Shown here: positions 1 through 12,600 of the stretch, one piece after another
How positions within the stretch are numbered: the stretch's first letter is position 1
Layout of the letters: each line of letters opens with the position of its first letter
NCBI RefSeq assembly: GCF_006345805.1
Contig: NC_043010.1
Span: 44,640,001-44,704,000, forward strand
Source of the DNA: Octopus sinensis
Lineage: Eukaryota
Direction: 5' to 3'
Length of the DNA: 64,000 nt
Notes under the pieces: model-generated
What the model was told of the DNA's origin: nothing
The model's input: only the letters and a program-made list of their open reading frames with translations
Databases searched by the model: none
Translations under genes and position numbers: made by a program

Positions 1-920
1 AGTTCAACTACAGTTTTGTACAATAATCGAAGTGTAATTTTAATTCCGTGAATTTTGGGAGATTTTTTTCCGAAATTTGTTCCTATTGTGTTTTCAAAAT
101 TTGTAATTCTGACAAAAAATGGATACGAATTTCATTATATCAAGCAGCGAGTCAGAATTCGAAGGATTTTCTACTGAAGACCTTCATAAATCTAACTCTA
201 TGACTGAAAAAAAAAAAGCACATGGTATTTGATAATGAATTTGATGTTTCATTTTCCGAAAGTGAAAACAGTGAATCTGAGATCTCCGATAGCGATAAAG
301 AAAACGAATTGGCACCTGAATGGAGTGAAAATTTAAAAACTTTCTTTCGGTGATTTTTCTGCAGAAACTGGACCAAGCCACAGACTTTCCCAGAAGGGTA
401 AAGCCTTAGGCTATTTCTATTTACTTTTTCGAATGAGCCTATTTGAAATCATTACAGCGAAAACGAACCGTTACGCTAAACAAACAAAACGAAAGAAAAG
501 ATAGTTTGTTATTTCCCACAACCTTAAATGAAATTAAGGCCTATTTTGCCATAAATATTATTATGGGTATCAGAAAGTTACCCAGAATAACAAATTCTAT
601 CGTAAAATTTTGTTGTATACCCAATTGAATATTAGCTAATATTTTCTATAGCGATGTTTGAACAAAATTTTAATAATTTTATATTTTGTGGAATTTACCT
701 GTATCTACCTGTAAATAGTCACTTTGTGACAAAAATTATAGTATAGAATTGGTTGAGAATATTTCATTAAATTATCTTCCAAAAATCAGATTAATATATC
801 GATAAATAAAAAAGTTATAGTTGTTTAATGAAACCAGACTAAATTTATGATTACGTTAGAAATTAATTGAAACACATAAGGGGTGTAATTTGGTCAGAAA
901 TATAGTAACGAAAGGGTTAA
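1..920 (+). mobile_element. piggyBac-type DNA transposon relic (internally deleted), right end with TTAA
   Basis: Acidic N-terminus from ATG about 120 (SSSESEFEGF), PGBD-like PTTLNEIKAYFAINIIMGIRKLP, and terminus GAAAGGG|TTAA at 910-920. Confidence 0.75.
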
Positions 921-1250
921 GAGAAGCAACCCCTTGGTACAGTTCTCAAGACTATCTGAAATTCAGGTTCATAACAAATCTAATGCCTCTTTCTTTGTAT
1001 TGTGAAAAGTAATTTTGTAATGATTCCTGGATTCTCAGTTAAGCTCATCTACTTTAGGCAAATACAGCCTTGAGAATTTTGCAAATTTGTCGTCAATAGA
1101 GCAATCAGAAAAAATATTTCTGATATTGACTGGCTTATCTATAAAAACTCCGTTAAGAATTTGCAAGGAGACTTTAAAGCCTGACTCAAGGATTTCGAAA
1201 TATGGAAATTATTGAATGGATTATTTCTCCAATTGAAACATGCATGTTTA

Positions 1251-1460
1251 ACTTTTACTTATTTCAGTCTGTGGCCATGCTGGAGCACTGCCATTGGGAA
1301 TTTTTAGTTGAATGAATTGACCCCAGTCCTTTTTTTCTAAGCTTGGTACTTATTTTATCATGCCCTTTTGTCAAACCGCTGTTACAGGAGTATAAAAACA
1401 TCAACACTGGTTGTCAAGTGTTGGTGGGGGACACACATACATGATGGGCTTTGGTTTGTC
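1251..1460 (-). mobile_element. Degraded tRNA-derived SINE, 3' part
   Basis: TTTCAGTC...GGCCATGCTGGAGCAC body shared with copies at 3410, 8050, 54575 and 58807. Confidence 0.7.
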
Positions 1461-1877
1461 TGAACTGTCTTGGAGAATTTGTTGAGATGGTTTTTTGATT
1501 AAGAAGCAGAGTATATATTCATATTTAAAGGAACTGGACACGAACAAATAAAAAAAGAAAAAAATTAGAATATATCAGTTTTGGCGCAGTTGTTGAAATC
1601 TTAGTTTTTATAGATGGTGGAATATGAGTGCCATGTGCATTATTTACTGAGTGCAAAAACACTTTGAACTCAATATGGTTATTTGCTGCTCAAACTCACA
1701 AATCTAGTATTTGTGATTATTTTTGGTGTCCACTAAATCAATCCTTTCTATTAAAAAATGATTCAAATATTAAAGGTGTTTGAAGATACTTTACTCATGT
1801 AAATTGTATTAAATACTGGTAAATTAGTTATTTAATTGATATTCAATTAATTTGGGGACGAATTGAAATCAAATCTT

Positions 1878-1883
1878 TTTATT
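1878..1883 (-). terminator. Candidate FUOM polyadenylation signal (AATAAA)
   Basis: TTTATT on the plus strand about 160 nt downstream of the stop; not verified by transcripts. Confidence 0.4.
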
Positions 1884-2041
1884 AGTGGTATATGAGAAAT
1901 CCTGCTACCCTCTCACAGAAGAGAGGGTAGCACTTGTGACCTTATTGTAAGGACTGCAAAAAACTGGTGGCAGGGAAAAGAGAAAAATATAATGGTCAAA
2001 TGTGAGTGATGTGAAGGTCATTCAGAAGTCAGGCGTTGGTG

Positions 2042-2093
2042 TTACAAGGCAAGACCCTTCTTAAGGATTATGTTTCCATATTTTGCCATTTCA
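2042..2093 (-). CDS. FUOM: FUOM exon 6 (EMAKYGNIILKKGLAL*)
   Basis: CTTCCTTGTAG acceptor; stop TAA at 2044-2042; conserved YGNxILxKG. Confidence 0.93.
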
Positions 2094-5000
2094 CTACAAG
2101 GAAGATCAAAAATTATTTTATTTAAGGAGGGAATAAAATAGTTGCAAAAGCAAAGATTTTTGAAGCTAGGCAATCTGAAATGTCACATATATATTGGTAT
2201 AAGCACATGAAATGAGAATCAAAATAAAGGTCTGTGCATTTTTAAAACATTCCTGTATACTAGAACAGGAAGACATTTACTGTGGGATTTTGTATTTCAA
2301 ACATATTTTCCCTGACTTTTTGTATAAAAACATTGAGCTAATCTCCAACAGAATATTGTTTGCTGTTTTCTATGTATAGCAACATAATTTCCAGTCCAGC
2401 TCAAATGACTGAGGAGGTGAAATCATGTTGAAACTTGTCTGCTAAATAACATATCATTTGGAGCTCAGCTTGATGTTTTTACACAAAGTGTAATAGATCA
2501 TTTTTTCTGATACACAATCCTGTAATGGATGCATTTTATGTTCTAGTGTACAGGAATTTACCTTAAAAAAAAAAAAAAGCTGCTTAGTATGGAGTATGTA
2601 AGTTTTACTAAAAGAAATTATTAAAGTTTATATTGTCTCAAATTCTCTTGAATTCCAATTTTTTATCAAAATGTGGTTCTCAGTATTATTACTGAAGTTA
2701 TCAACTTCATGATTCAATCACAAAACACAACTTTTATTCATTGTGACACAGCATTTTTTTCATGTCTCTGTTTAGACTTTGACGTAACTAAAGTGTAGGG
2801 AAGATTAATAGCTATAACTTTATAACACTAAAGGAAAAGTTAGGAACAATATAAGTGTCAGCTGAAAAGTTCATAGGCTGACAAAGCTGCCCTTATGGAA
2901 TGTGACCAAATGAGATTTATTTTTTAACATAATTCCCCTTTCAGTCCACAATTCTTTCAATGGTGTTGCAGTGCTTGGATCTCACTGCTGACCAATGTCA
3001 AAAAAGTCATCATCACTCTGATACTGGTTGCCAGCTAAGTGCCCTTCCGTGTTACGGAACAGATGATAGTTAGATGGGGCCAAATCAGGAGAATAGGGAA
3101 GGTGATGAATCAGTTCAAAGCCAGAGTCATGCACAATAGCCATTAAAATGAAGGACTTGTGTACTGGAGCATTGTCTTGATGAAACAAGACTCCTTTTGT
3201 CAGTTTTCCTGGACATCAGGTCTTGATAGCCTTTCATGACAGCCTCAGCAAGTTGGTATAGTTTTCTCCATTAATAGCATGGCTCTTTTGAAGATAATCA
3301 TGAAGACAATGTCCTTTGCATCCTAAAATACAGGCCATCACCTTCCCTGCAAATGAAACAATCATAGCCGTCTTTAGAGGAGGTGTGTTTCCACTCCATA
3401 GATCAACTCTCTTACTCTCTTTTACTTGTTTCAGTCATTTGACTGCGGCTATGCTGGAGCACCGCCTTTAGTCGAGCAAATCGACCCCGGGACTTATTCT
3501 TTGTAAGCCCAGTACTTATTCTATTGGTCTCTTTTGCCGAACCGCTAAGTGACGGGGACGTAAACACACCAGCATCGGCTGTCAAGCAATGCTAGGGGGA
3601 CAAACACAGAAGACACTTGCCCAAGATGCCACGCAGTGGGACTGAACCCGGAACCATGTGGTTGGTTAGCAAGCTACTTACCACACAGCCACTCCTGTGC
3701 CTTTATCTCTGGTTTAAAGTGATGAAACCAACACTTGACCTGCTGGAAACAATGTCAAATTTTCCCGTATGATTAACCTGGTGTGCTTTTGATCAGGTGT
3801 CAAGATATGGCACCTACTGAGCAAAAACCTTTGTCATACCAAGTTCATTGTGCAAAATATTCTCAACTCTCACAGAATACACTAATAACATTGGCTATTT
3901 GTTTTATAGTCAATTACCTGTCATCCATCACCATGTGGTGAACACAATGTTTTCCTCAGCTGTGGTAGTTACAGGATGTTCAGACTCCCTCACCCTCCTA
4001 AATTCAGCTATCCACTTTGGCACTATTGATAAAGCTGGAACATTATTCCCTATGTCAGCATGAATGTCTTTGGGGACTAAGCCATTTTTCTGCAGGTATC
4101 TGATAATGCCATCATGCCAAATTTTATCCATTTTCAAGAAAAGTTGCTACTAGTCACTTTTGAAGTCTTCTTTGAACAGGCAGGCCAATGACATTTTACC
4201 TAGAAATGCAGTTATTTATAAGAAGAGCTGAAATTAATACATGCCATGCAAAATTTCACAGCTTTAGCATCACTTCATAATAAATGTATGAACTTTTCAG
4301 CTCATAATGCTAAAGCTTTACCACAAATTTTTGTGAAATTTCAACTCTGGTTTTCAGCTTTAATTTTTTTGTTATTGAATTTTTTGTAAAAAATATAAAT
4401 AAAATACATTTTACCCTGTGTGAACAATAGCATATGCTCTTTTGGCTTGTTCATAGAAAGCAAATCTTTCGACTTCAATCATTTTCATCTGCAAATAGAT
4501 GAAGTGAAGAAAACATATAAAGCTATATTTCTGAGTTGTATTTGTAAGAAATAATTTTGTTTATAGTTTCAACTCTTTTCTGATTAATACAACATTGCTT
4601 ACACATTTATTCTCTGCTTCTGATAAAATCTTCTCATATTCAGCCAAGTGAGGCAGTAGCAAATTTTTATCTTCATCAGTTTTCTTCATAACAAAAACCT
4701 ATATAAGTAGATAAAATTTTTATTTAGATGAGAAAATTCATTACAAAGATAAATGTTGGACATTTCTTTTTCACATTCCCCACTATCCCAGAGTTTTAAA
4801 AAAAGAGGTTACAACTGGAGGCTAAGTTGACATGGATTTGTTTTGTCTTGTCTTGTCTATTCTCATGTTCATTACTGTAGGTTGGAGACTATGGATGCAT
4901 GCACCATATTTATCCATGTATTCCTACCTTTCACAATGATTATTCATTCAGCGTGGGTCTTCCATTCCATTCTTTGATGCTATCCAACCAGCATCTTCTC

Positions 5001-8000
5001 AGTCTCTCTCTACTTCATTTCCCATTGACTCTTCCTGCAAGATATGAGTGCTGAGGTTCTGGGCCCTGATGGTATGCTCAAAATACTGAGTTTAATAACA
5101 ACTAAATAATATACACAATATTTGTTACCCAATTTTAAATAACCTTCCTTTACTTTCTGACTTCTGTTTATGAACATCTAATACTAGCAAAAAATTTGCA
5201 TGTGGTTGACTCAATAATGTAGCAGATAATATTTTGTTGGCAGTACTTAGTTCAATTCCTCCAGAAGGAAATGCTAATAACACCCTATCTGGGAGGAGAT
5301 TTACCTCTTATTTGCTTAATATTACAGTAACCAGAGTTAAGCCTCATTAACCACTGGCCCTTTGAATCCTTGAAATTCAGAAAAAGATTAGCTAAGCAGT
5401 ATAATCCAGAGATAATTGCATTGTATGTACTTGGCAAGACAGAGAATATACGTGATTACAGACAAGTAAATTAGTTGAACTGTAGAAAACTAGTAATACA
5501 GGATTGGCCAAAAGTCACTTGACAGTAAATCAAAACCATTTAATTCCAAGATTTATTTGTGTTTAACAACTAAATGAATTTAATAAAAGCATCTAAATAT
5601 GAAACATCATGAAAATTGTTCAAATTGAAGTCCTCCTTCAGTGACACCTTCTCCCATTTGAGTCAATACAGAATTACCAATAGTGTTTATGGTTTACTGT
5701 CAGGTGACTTTTGGCCAACCCCGTATAAGCATCTGTCAACAGGTTAAGAAAGAAAATAAAGTCTGGTTGCTTGGAGCAACATCATATAAGCTAAGGATTG
5801 AAAGGTATCTGATTTTGTATTGTCTGGTCAAGAGAATATCAAGTGTGTTTGTTCAGTATGAATTTGAAAAATTTTGTAGTGTAGAAAAAACATTATGTCA
5901 AATTGAGACCTCATTAAACAAGCCTACTGCATCATTGAAAACTGAACTGTAAATCCATGATGATAATGATCACAGAGGGCAGGATTTATAAGTAATAAGG
6001 TACTACAGTTGAAAAACCTTACTGAGTCTTCATAGGTGTCCAATGGGAACAGCTGCAATATAGCTTTTAATAACTCTGGTATTTTGTGTCCTAAAAAAAG
6101 AAAAGAAAGAAATGAATACACACACATATATATACTTATGTATCTATACACATATATACCTATACACAATCATCATCATCATTTAACATCCGTTCTCCAT
6201 GCTAACATGGGTTGGACGGTTCGACCGGGGATCTGGGAAGCCAGAAGGCTGCACCAGGCTCCAGTCTGATCTGGCAGTATTTCTACAGCTGGATGCCCTT
6301 CCTAACGCCAACCACTCCGTGAGTGTAGTGGGTGCTTTTTACGTGCCACCTGCACAAGTGCCAGGCGAGGCTGACAACGGCCACGGTCGGATTGGTGCAT
6401 TTTACGTGCCACCGGCACGGAAGCCAGTCGAGGTGGCACTGGCATCGGCCACGATTCGGAAGGTGCTTTTTACGTGCCAATTTCTCAGTTTTTGAGGATT
6501 TGTATATTTTCTTTTTTTATTTTTTTGCAACATTTTAATGTTTCTATCTCCCTCCCTCTTGCTGTGCATTTGTATATTTCTTAATGTGTGAGTCTGCTTT
6601 TAATGCTACTGCTAAAATAAGTTTAGTGACCAAAAAGCTGTAACCAAATATCCAGTTCATACCCAAAGGCATTATTTGAACAATCTTAATTTCATCAAGA
6701 ATTGTGTGTGTGTGTGTGTGTGTGTAGCTATCCAGTTATCTGGTTATAACAAATGATTAAGAAATTTTTAACTTACCATCTGCCCTAATTTCAATTGGTC
6801 CCCGACGACAAATAGATGATGTAGGAAAGTGTGCATCTGCCAAAACTGAAATCAAACACAGCAAACAAAAGATCTACTTTTAGGAAGTCTCAATTCAAGA
6901 GTTAATGATTTACTGCCATAAGTACTTATAAGTGAACAATTGAATGCATACAAAACAATATCACATACTTTCTGTTCTTCCCCACAAATTTGAAATGGTA
7001 ATATGGAAATTTGTGGCCCTGTATCAATCAGTTAGCAACATTTTTGATGAATGTTAGGAAAATTTGTCATCTCTATTTGTGGCCCAAAGTGTTTCTTGTT
7101 ATGGAAAGAGGAAAATCCAGAAACAAGATTCACCTGCAGAAAACCACAAGACTGAAGAATACACTGCTGAGCCTTTAATCCAAATCTGCAATAGTACTAA
7201 TTGTATAATTGCTTTGAGCTTAAAAAACTAGGGCTTTGAGAATATTCATGAGAGAAACTGTCTGCAGATAGAGGATCAGTTAAGCTCATCATCTAATATA
7301 CACGGTAAGTGTCTGTACTAATATGGCCTGATGCTCCATCTTAGAATCAAAGGTCATAGAAGAAATGCCCAGTGAAGAAGAAACTAGACTGTCAACACAA
7401 ATACTACTGAATGAAGTTCATCAATATTATAAGCATGGATGGTGAAAAGAAAACAGAAGCGATAAAAATGAGCACTTGCACAGCCCTAGACCCCCAAACC
7501 GCTTGGGCAAAATTTATAATAATAATAATGAAATTATTGTATACAGTGCTCAGGTGCACCACAACTTGTCGGAAAGTGCATATAAAGTACATGCAGTAAT
7601 GTAGAAATGTCTGGAAAGCGAACAATGTATGAGTCAGATACATGCTTGTGTGTGTATGGAGGGGAGAAAATCAAGTGTAGTGTTGGCGAATCTCAGGAAG
7701 CATGGAAGTTTTGAAGGATGCAATGCTCCGACAACTAACAACTGATGCCGGCAGTTTGTTCCATGCCTCAGCAACTCTCTCTTTAGTTGTGGGAATTTGG
7801 AGAAAGTTTGACATCAAACATGCTGACGTCCCTTGAGTATGAATGTTTAGGGGAGAGTGGCTTCGCCTTTTCCTTGCCTAGAAATTTGTCATTGTGCTTA
7901 AATTAGAAATCATATTTACTCCTTTATGTATTTATATCGCTGATAATAAATAAGGTCAAATACTTCTTACACTAAGAATAAAACACCTAATGACGATCAA

Positions 8001-9335
8001 AGATTAAAAACCCCAACAATCGAAATAGAGTTTAGATGTAAATATTAGAAAGTAGTGGCTGCGTGGCACGAAGTTTGCTTCTCAACTACATGGTTTCAGG
8101 TTCAGTCCCACTGCGTGGCATCCCGGGCAAGTGTCTTCTTCTATAGCCCCGGGTTGACCAAACCCTTGTCACTGTATTTGGTAGACGGGAACTGAAAGTC
8201 CATCGTGTGTGTGTGATCCACCACCGCTTGACAACTAGTGTTGGTGCGTTTACGCCTCGTAAATTAGCGGTTCGACAAAAGAGAGCGATAGAATAAGACT
8301 TAGAAAAAAAAAAAAAAAAAACGGTCGGATTCATTCAACTAAAATTCCCCAAAGCGGTGTCCCAGCGTAGCCGCAGTCGAATGACTGAAACAAGTAAAAG
8401 ATGGAAGTATTTTATCTAGAGGTCAATAGTCTGAAAATTATGATCTTGTTTTGTTTAAAACTTTAATTTTCTTTGCAACCAGGAAAATATTACATGAAAT
8501 ATACGTGAAAACCAGTGATCTTTATCATCTGATATCAGACCAAGAAAGAGTACTTGTAAATCATTAATTACGTCGACTTCTTAAATTTATACAAGAATTG
8601 GGGGCGGCTCTTCGAATGGAGAGATAAACGCAAATTCGAACGAATGAGAATTGTTATTTTTTAAAGAAATAGATAGAAATTCAGTTTTTCAACAAAAAGT
8701 TTTTGTTTCCATCTACGTTATAAACAAAAACTTATTGATTGTTCAAAGACTTAATTATGTTTGTTTGTTTTTTAAGACTAGATAAAAACATTAAATTAAA
8801 ATATTCAATATAACTGATTTGTGCAAATATATCAAACACATAGCATATATACACATACGGAAATGTAACAACCACCCAAACCATTTCAAATGAAAGCTTT
8901 ACAGAAGGAAAACCTTGTGTGGCAATTGTGGCGTGTTCGAGAGCGTACGCATACGTAAGCACCTAGGTGCATAATTTTAAAAGTTTTGCCAACAAAACCT
9001 AAAATGTATGGACATCTTATTTTATCTCGAATGAATGAAGAAAAATTATTGGTGGAATATTTAGATTTGTAATTAATTCATTACGAATAAATAGAATAAG
9101 TCAAAACAAATAAAATTTCTGATAACACAAATTGCATATCGTAACAATAGAATCAACATACACATTTCAAAAAAAAAAAATGAAAAAGTTGGCGGGATGT
9201 TTTAAGTTTTGTTAGCAGAACGCAAACATTGCCTTACAAATGTTTCTAAATACCTATTTCATCTCCATGTCCCATAGCAGCTAATGCGTGAAGCAAAGCG
9301 GGACTGATAATCGAGGGAATTTCTTTCAACGGCAT
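2042..9335 (-). CDS. FUOM: Fucose mutarotase (RbsD/FucU family), 6 coding exons, 146 aa
   Basis: Exons 9335-9254, 6845-6777, 6090-6023, 4698-4603, 4488-4415 and 2093-2042 have GT-AG introns and consistent phases (441 nt total). Spliced protein: MPLKEIPSIISPALLHALAAMGHGDEIVLADAHFPTSSICRRGPIEIRADGHKIPELLKAILQLFPLDTYEDSVFVMKKTDEDKNLLLPHLAEYEKILSEAENKCMKMIEVERFAFYEQAKRAYAIVHTGEMAKYGNIILKKGLAL. It carries the family motifs MGHGDEIVLAD, ERFxFY and TGExxxYGNxILxKG. Confidence 0.95.
2851..4306 (-). mobile_element. Mariner (DD34D) transposon relic in FUOM intron 5
   Basis: TIR cores GCTGAAAAGTTCAT and ATGAACTTTTCAGC. Peptides MDKIWHDGIIRYL, FHQDNAPVH and PYSPDLAPSNYHLF with stops and frameshifts; interrupted by a SINE. 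Confidence 0.88.
3410..3701 (-). mobile_element. tRNA-derived SINE nested in the mariner
   Basis: Head with A/B boxes (TGGCTGTGTGG; GGTTCAGTCCC) and tail GGCGGTGCTCCAGCAT...TGACTGAAACAAGTAAAAG. Confidence 0.85.
4415..4488 (-). CDS. FUOM: FUOM exon 5 (MKMIEVERFAFYEQAKRAYAIVHTG)
   Basis: TTTGCAG acceptor and GTAAAA donor; 74 nt; conserved ERFxFYE motif. Confidence 0.95.
4603..4698 (-). CDS. FUOM: FUOM exon 4 (VFVMKKTDEDKNLLLPHLAEYEKILSEAENKC)
   Basis: TATAG acceptor and GTAAGC donor; 96 nt, phase 0/0, open frame. Confidence 0.88.
4845..5095 (-). mobile_element. RTE-clade LINE 3' fragment
   Basis: The minus strand reads KLQYFEHTIR...GRVNG...RCWLDSIKEW, resembling an RTE RT C-terminus. Confidence 0.55.
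5499..5723. mobile_element. Tc1/mariner-type MITE
   Basis: About 31-bp TIRs CAGGATTGGCCAAAAGTCACTTGACAGTAAA and TTTACTGTCAGGTGACTTTTGGCCAACCCCG, flanked by TA at both ends. Confidence 0.85.
6023..6090 (-). CDS. FUOM: FUOM exon 3 (GHKIPELLKAILQLFPLDTYEDS)
   Basis: Polypyrimidine-TAG acceptor and GTAAGG donor; visible inside ORF 5924..6169. Confidence 0.95.
6168..6480 (-). mobile_element. RTE LINE 3' UTR copy with (TGA)n tail and three internal ~60-bp subrepeats
   Basis: Nearly identical to 48173-48370. The same module is attached to RTE RT sequence at 24455-25722. Confidence 0.8.
6777..6845 (-). CDS. FUOM: FUOM exon 2 (VLADAHFPTSSICRRGPIEIRAD)
   Basis: TTTCAG acceptor and GTAAG donor; 69 nt. 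Confidence 0.95.
7515..7780 (-). mobile_element. CR1-like LINE 3' end
   Basis: The minus strand reads RVAEAWNKLPASVVSCRSIASFK, followed by a 3' UTR and a (TTA)n tail. Confidence 0.65.
8050..8402 (+). mobile_element. tRNA-derived SINE in FUOM intron 1
   Basis: GGTTCAGTCCCACTGCGTGGCA head and ...GACTGAAACAAGTAAAAG tail. Confidence 0.82.
9254..9335 (-). CDS. FUOM: FUOM exon 1 (MPLKEIPSIISPALLHALAAMGHGDEI)
   Basis: ATG at 9335-9333; donor G|GTATTT at 9253; 82 nt. Confidence 0.93.
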
Positions 9336-9440
9336 TTTCTTGGACACGAAATAGACAAGTAATTGAGTTGTTGTCAGAGCTTCCCACTATAGTTGTTTCC
9401 CTTGAAGTGGGTGTGTTTCTGCAGCAAAGCAGAGACTTGT

Positions 9441-9695
9441 TGTTTTATTATTACCCACAAGGGGCGAACATAGACGGGACAATACAATCTGATGATGGGG
9501 TCAGACACACGAATGGGTTTTTACAATAAATCGAATTTAAAAATTTTCATGAATTACAATAAATGGACAGAAATCGAATGATGGGACAGACCGGAAGACA
9601 TTACGGGTGGAGTAGGTGCGGGTTTAGCTCGGACCCCACGAGCCCCGCCTCCCCACTGATACTTTTGGTTGCGCTTGGTATTACATTTATGTTGT
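9441..9695 (-). mobile_element. 5'-truncated Tx1 LINE 3' end (second, diverged copy)
   Basis: Diverged direct copy of 9699-9955, ending CTTGTGGGTAATAATAAAAC. Confidence 0.8.
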
Positions 9696-9698
9696 ATC

Positions 9699-12600
9699 TG
9701 TTTTATTATTACCCACAAGGGGCAGACAAAGAGGGGACAGTACAACCTGATGTGGGGTCAGATTCTCGGATGGGGTTACAAAAAGGATGAGATTAAAAAT
9801 TCAAAATTTCACAAAAATGCAAAAATTATAAAATCGAATGAAAAAACAGACCGGAAGACATTACAGGTGGAGTGGGGGCGGGTTCAGCTCGGACCCCACG
9901 AGCCCCGCCTCACCACTGATATTTTTGGTTTCGTTCTGATTTACATTTATGTGGTGTCATTCATTCTCAACTTCCGTGCTACCTCCTTCCATCGTTCTTC
10001 ATACACTCTTTTAGTCAGGCATTTTCTCTCCAGCCCTATCTTCCTTTTCAGGTGGTAGATGAAGTAATTCATCAACCCAGGCCCGGATATGAACTTGCCT
10101 GACCGTATACCTTTCATTCTCGTCTTCCATATCACCTCTTTCGCAATTGCTACCACAACGAGAAAAAACAATTCTTACCTTCTTTCGCGAGGAAATCTGG
10201 TGGGTCAATTTTTTTAATAACACTCAGTCGACAGCTGTACTCTTCGTGTACCTGACAACAGGTGTTCGGCATAAACCCACACCTCAGACACGTCCGGACA
10301 TGAACAATAGCGTGCGGGACGGTTCCCTATCCCGCCCGCATCTTGGACATATCGGACTGTCTTGGCCACCGTGCCTTGCGAGTTTATCCCGAACAGGTAG
10401 AGCTCCTCTGTAGCATTGCCATGCCAGAGACTTCTGGAAGTTGTCCAGTGTCCTCGGCTCGAACGTAGGTCGGAACAGACTGGCAGCTGATTATCGTCGA
10501 GACCTAGGGTTTCCCCCAAGGTATCTTCACATTCCGCCTCTACCAACCCTCTATAGAAGAATGTGGTGGAACCCCCACCGCAGGCGTTGCCCGAGCGCGG
10601 AATAGCAGGAGAGCCTTGCGACACTCCGTGTACCAGTACCAAGTTTCGATCTACGATTCAGCCAGTTTCCCATCCACCGAAACTAGTGAACTTGGGAAAC
10701 ATCAGTTTTGCTAGCGAAGACCACACCCGTTCACCATCCAGGTAGAGCCACAGATGTCTTACCTCAGAGCATGTCTGCGCATCATCAGCCAAGGCCATCC
10801 TAGCCCACCCTTTAACGGTTGTTGACAGCAAGTAGAGCGTTTCACAAGTGGTTTCCCGCCCTTCCACAAGAAGTAGAAGAGCTGTCTTTCCAACTTGATC
10901 AACCACGAATCAGGGCAAGGAACGACGGAAGGCGGTAGGTGATAACCGATGCGATAAACCATTGGCCCTCCGCCCTCCCTTCAGGGATAGCCAACCGCCA
11001 GACCAGGTCTTGGCTACTGCAGCCACCTTGCTCGTTACCTCGCCCCAATTCTTCTCTATTTGGAGGTCTGGACCGACCAGACCCCTAGCAGTTTAAATCG
11101 GACCTCCGTCCAACGTCCCACGACGCTATCAGGAGGCATCGACTTGCCTCTCCAGGTGCCGAGTTGCAAGCCGACTGACTTTTCCGATTAACTTTTGCTC
11201 CTGTCACCGTCTCGTACACCTCTATGGCCTGCCTACTTTACATAGGTGGTCCATTTCAGTTACGATGATGGTGATGTCATCCGCGTACGCGACACTGCTG
11301 ATTTTCCATTACCTGGCTGTCTCGGGATGCCGCTCAGTTTTCGCAGTAATGGCTCAAGAGCCATCACGTACAAAAGCGGGGAGAGCGGACACCCTTGACG
11401 AACCGAGCGTTTGATTTTGAACGGCTTCGACAAGAAGCCGTTCACCCGAATACCGAGTCGATGTATCATACATTTGGATAATCCACCTGAGGAAGCCAAG
11501 GCTCAGCCGAACTGTGCCAGGGCAGACACCAGGTAACGATGGTCGACCCTATCAAAAGCTTTAGATTGGTCTAAATGGACCAGTGCCCCACCCTTGCCAG
11601 AATCACTATTAAACCCCTCTATAGTGTACCGCATTAGATGGAGATTATCCTGAATGGATCTGCCCGGAACGGCACATGTCTGTGCCTCTCCGATCAGACC
11701 ATCCGCGACACGCGCCAATCTTTTCGATAACACTTTGGCCAAAATCTTCAACTCTGTGTTTAGCAGAGTGATGGGCCTGAAATTATCAATGCACTCCCCC
11801 TTGCTCGGGTCCTTTCTGACGAGAGTCACTACTCCCCGGCGCACAGATCTGGGTATAAGCCCGTTCTGCTGCCAGTTCGCATAGACCTCTGCCAGTAGGT
11901 GCCCGAACAAGTCTGGCATCTCTTATATAACTCATAGGGTAGACCATCCAAACCCGCGCCTTGCCCGCGCCGCAGTCCGCCATTGCCTCAACCACCTCCC
12001 AGGCGTGATTGGCCCTTCACACCCTCCGCATCTCGCCCCGATAAGCGCGGCAGCCCGTCGAGTAGGTCCGTAAAGGCCCTCCTCCTATCCAGTCCGCCGC
12101 AACAAACCGAAAAGCTGAGCGAAGTGCCTCCTGAAAGGCCTCACACACAACATCTCCTCGGGTTCGTTTATCAACTCACCTGTTGTGGTTCGTCAAAGAT
12201 CGAATCGTGGCATCGTTACCATGCCGAGCTTCTACCACTCGGGCCCATCTCACGGCGTTGATTCCTTCACATCCCATATGGCGGATTCTAGCCCTGACAA
12301 TGCAGCCATGTGTTTGGCCTCGAGGTGCTGGTTTAACACCAGTCTCTTGGACGCCACCTGAGCCGCAGAGCCAGTTTTCATGGCTTCCTCTAATTCCTTA
12401 ACTAGTGTAGTTCCCTTCTAGCCTCTCTAGCCACTGCTCCTATGCTATATCTAATAGACTCAAACTTGATGGCTCGTTTGAGGGCGTACCACCATTTGTT
12501 ATTAATGATGGTACCAGATAGTGCCCTCTGAATTATATTCCTAATCCGGTCTTTGTACTCCTTAATCGCCAAAAGGGACGTATTAAGTTTCCAGTAACCG

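Noticed and set aside
6330-6480. Three spaced GGTGCTTTTTACGTGCCA repeats resembling a CRISPR array
   Set aside because: The context is eukaryotic, the spacers are related to each other, there are no cas genes, and the unit is part of the RTE 3' UTR.
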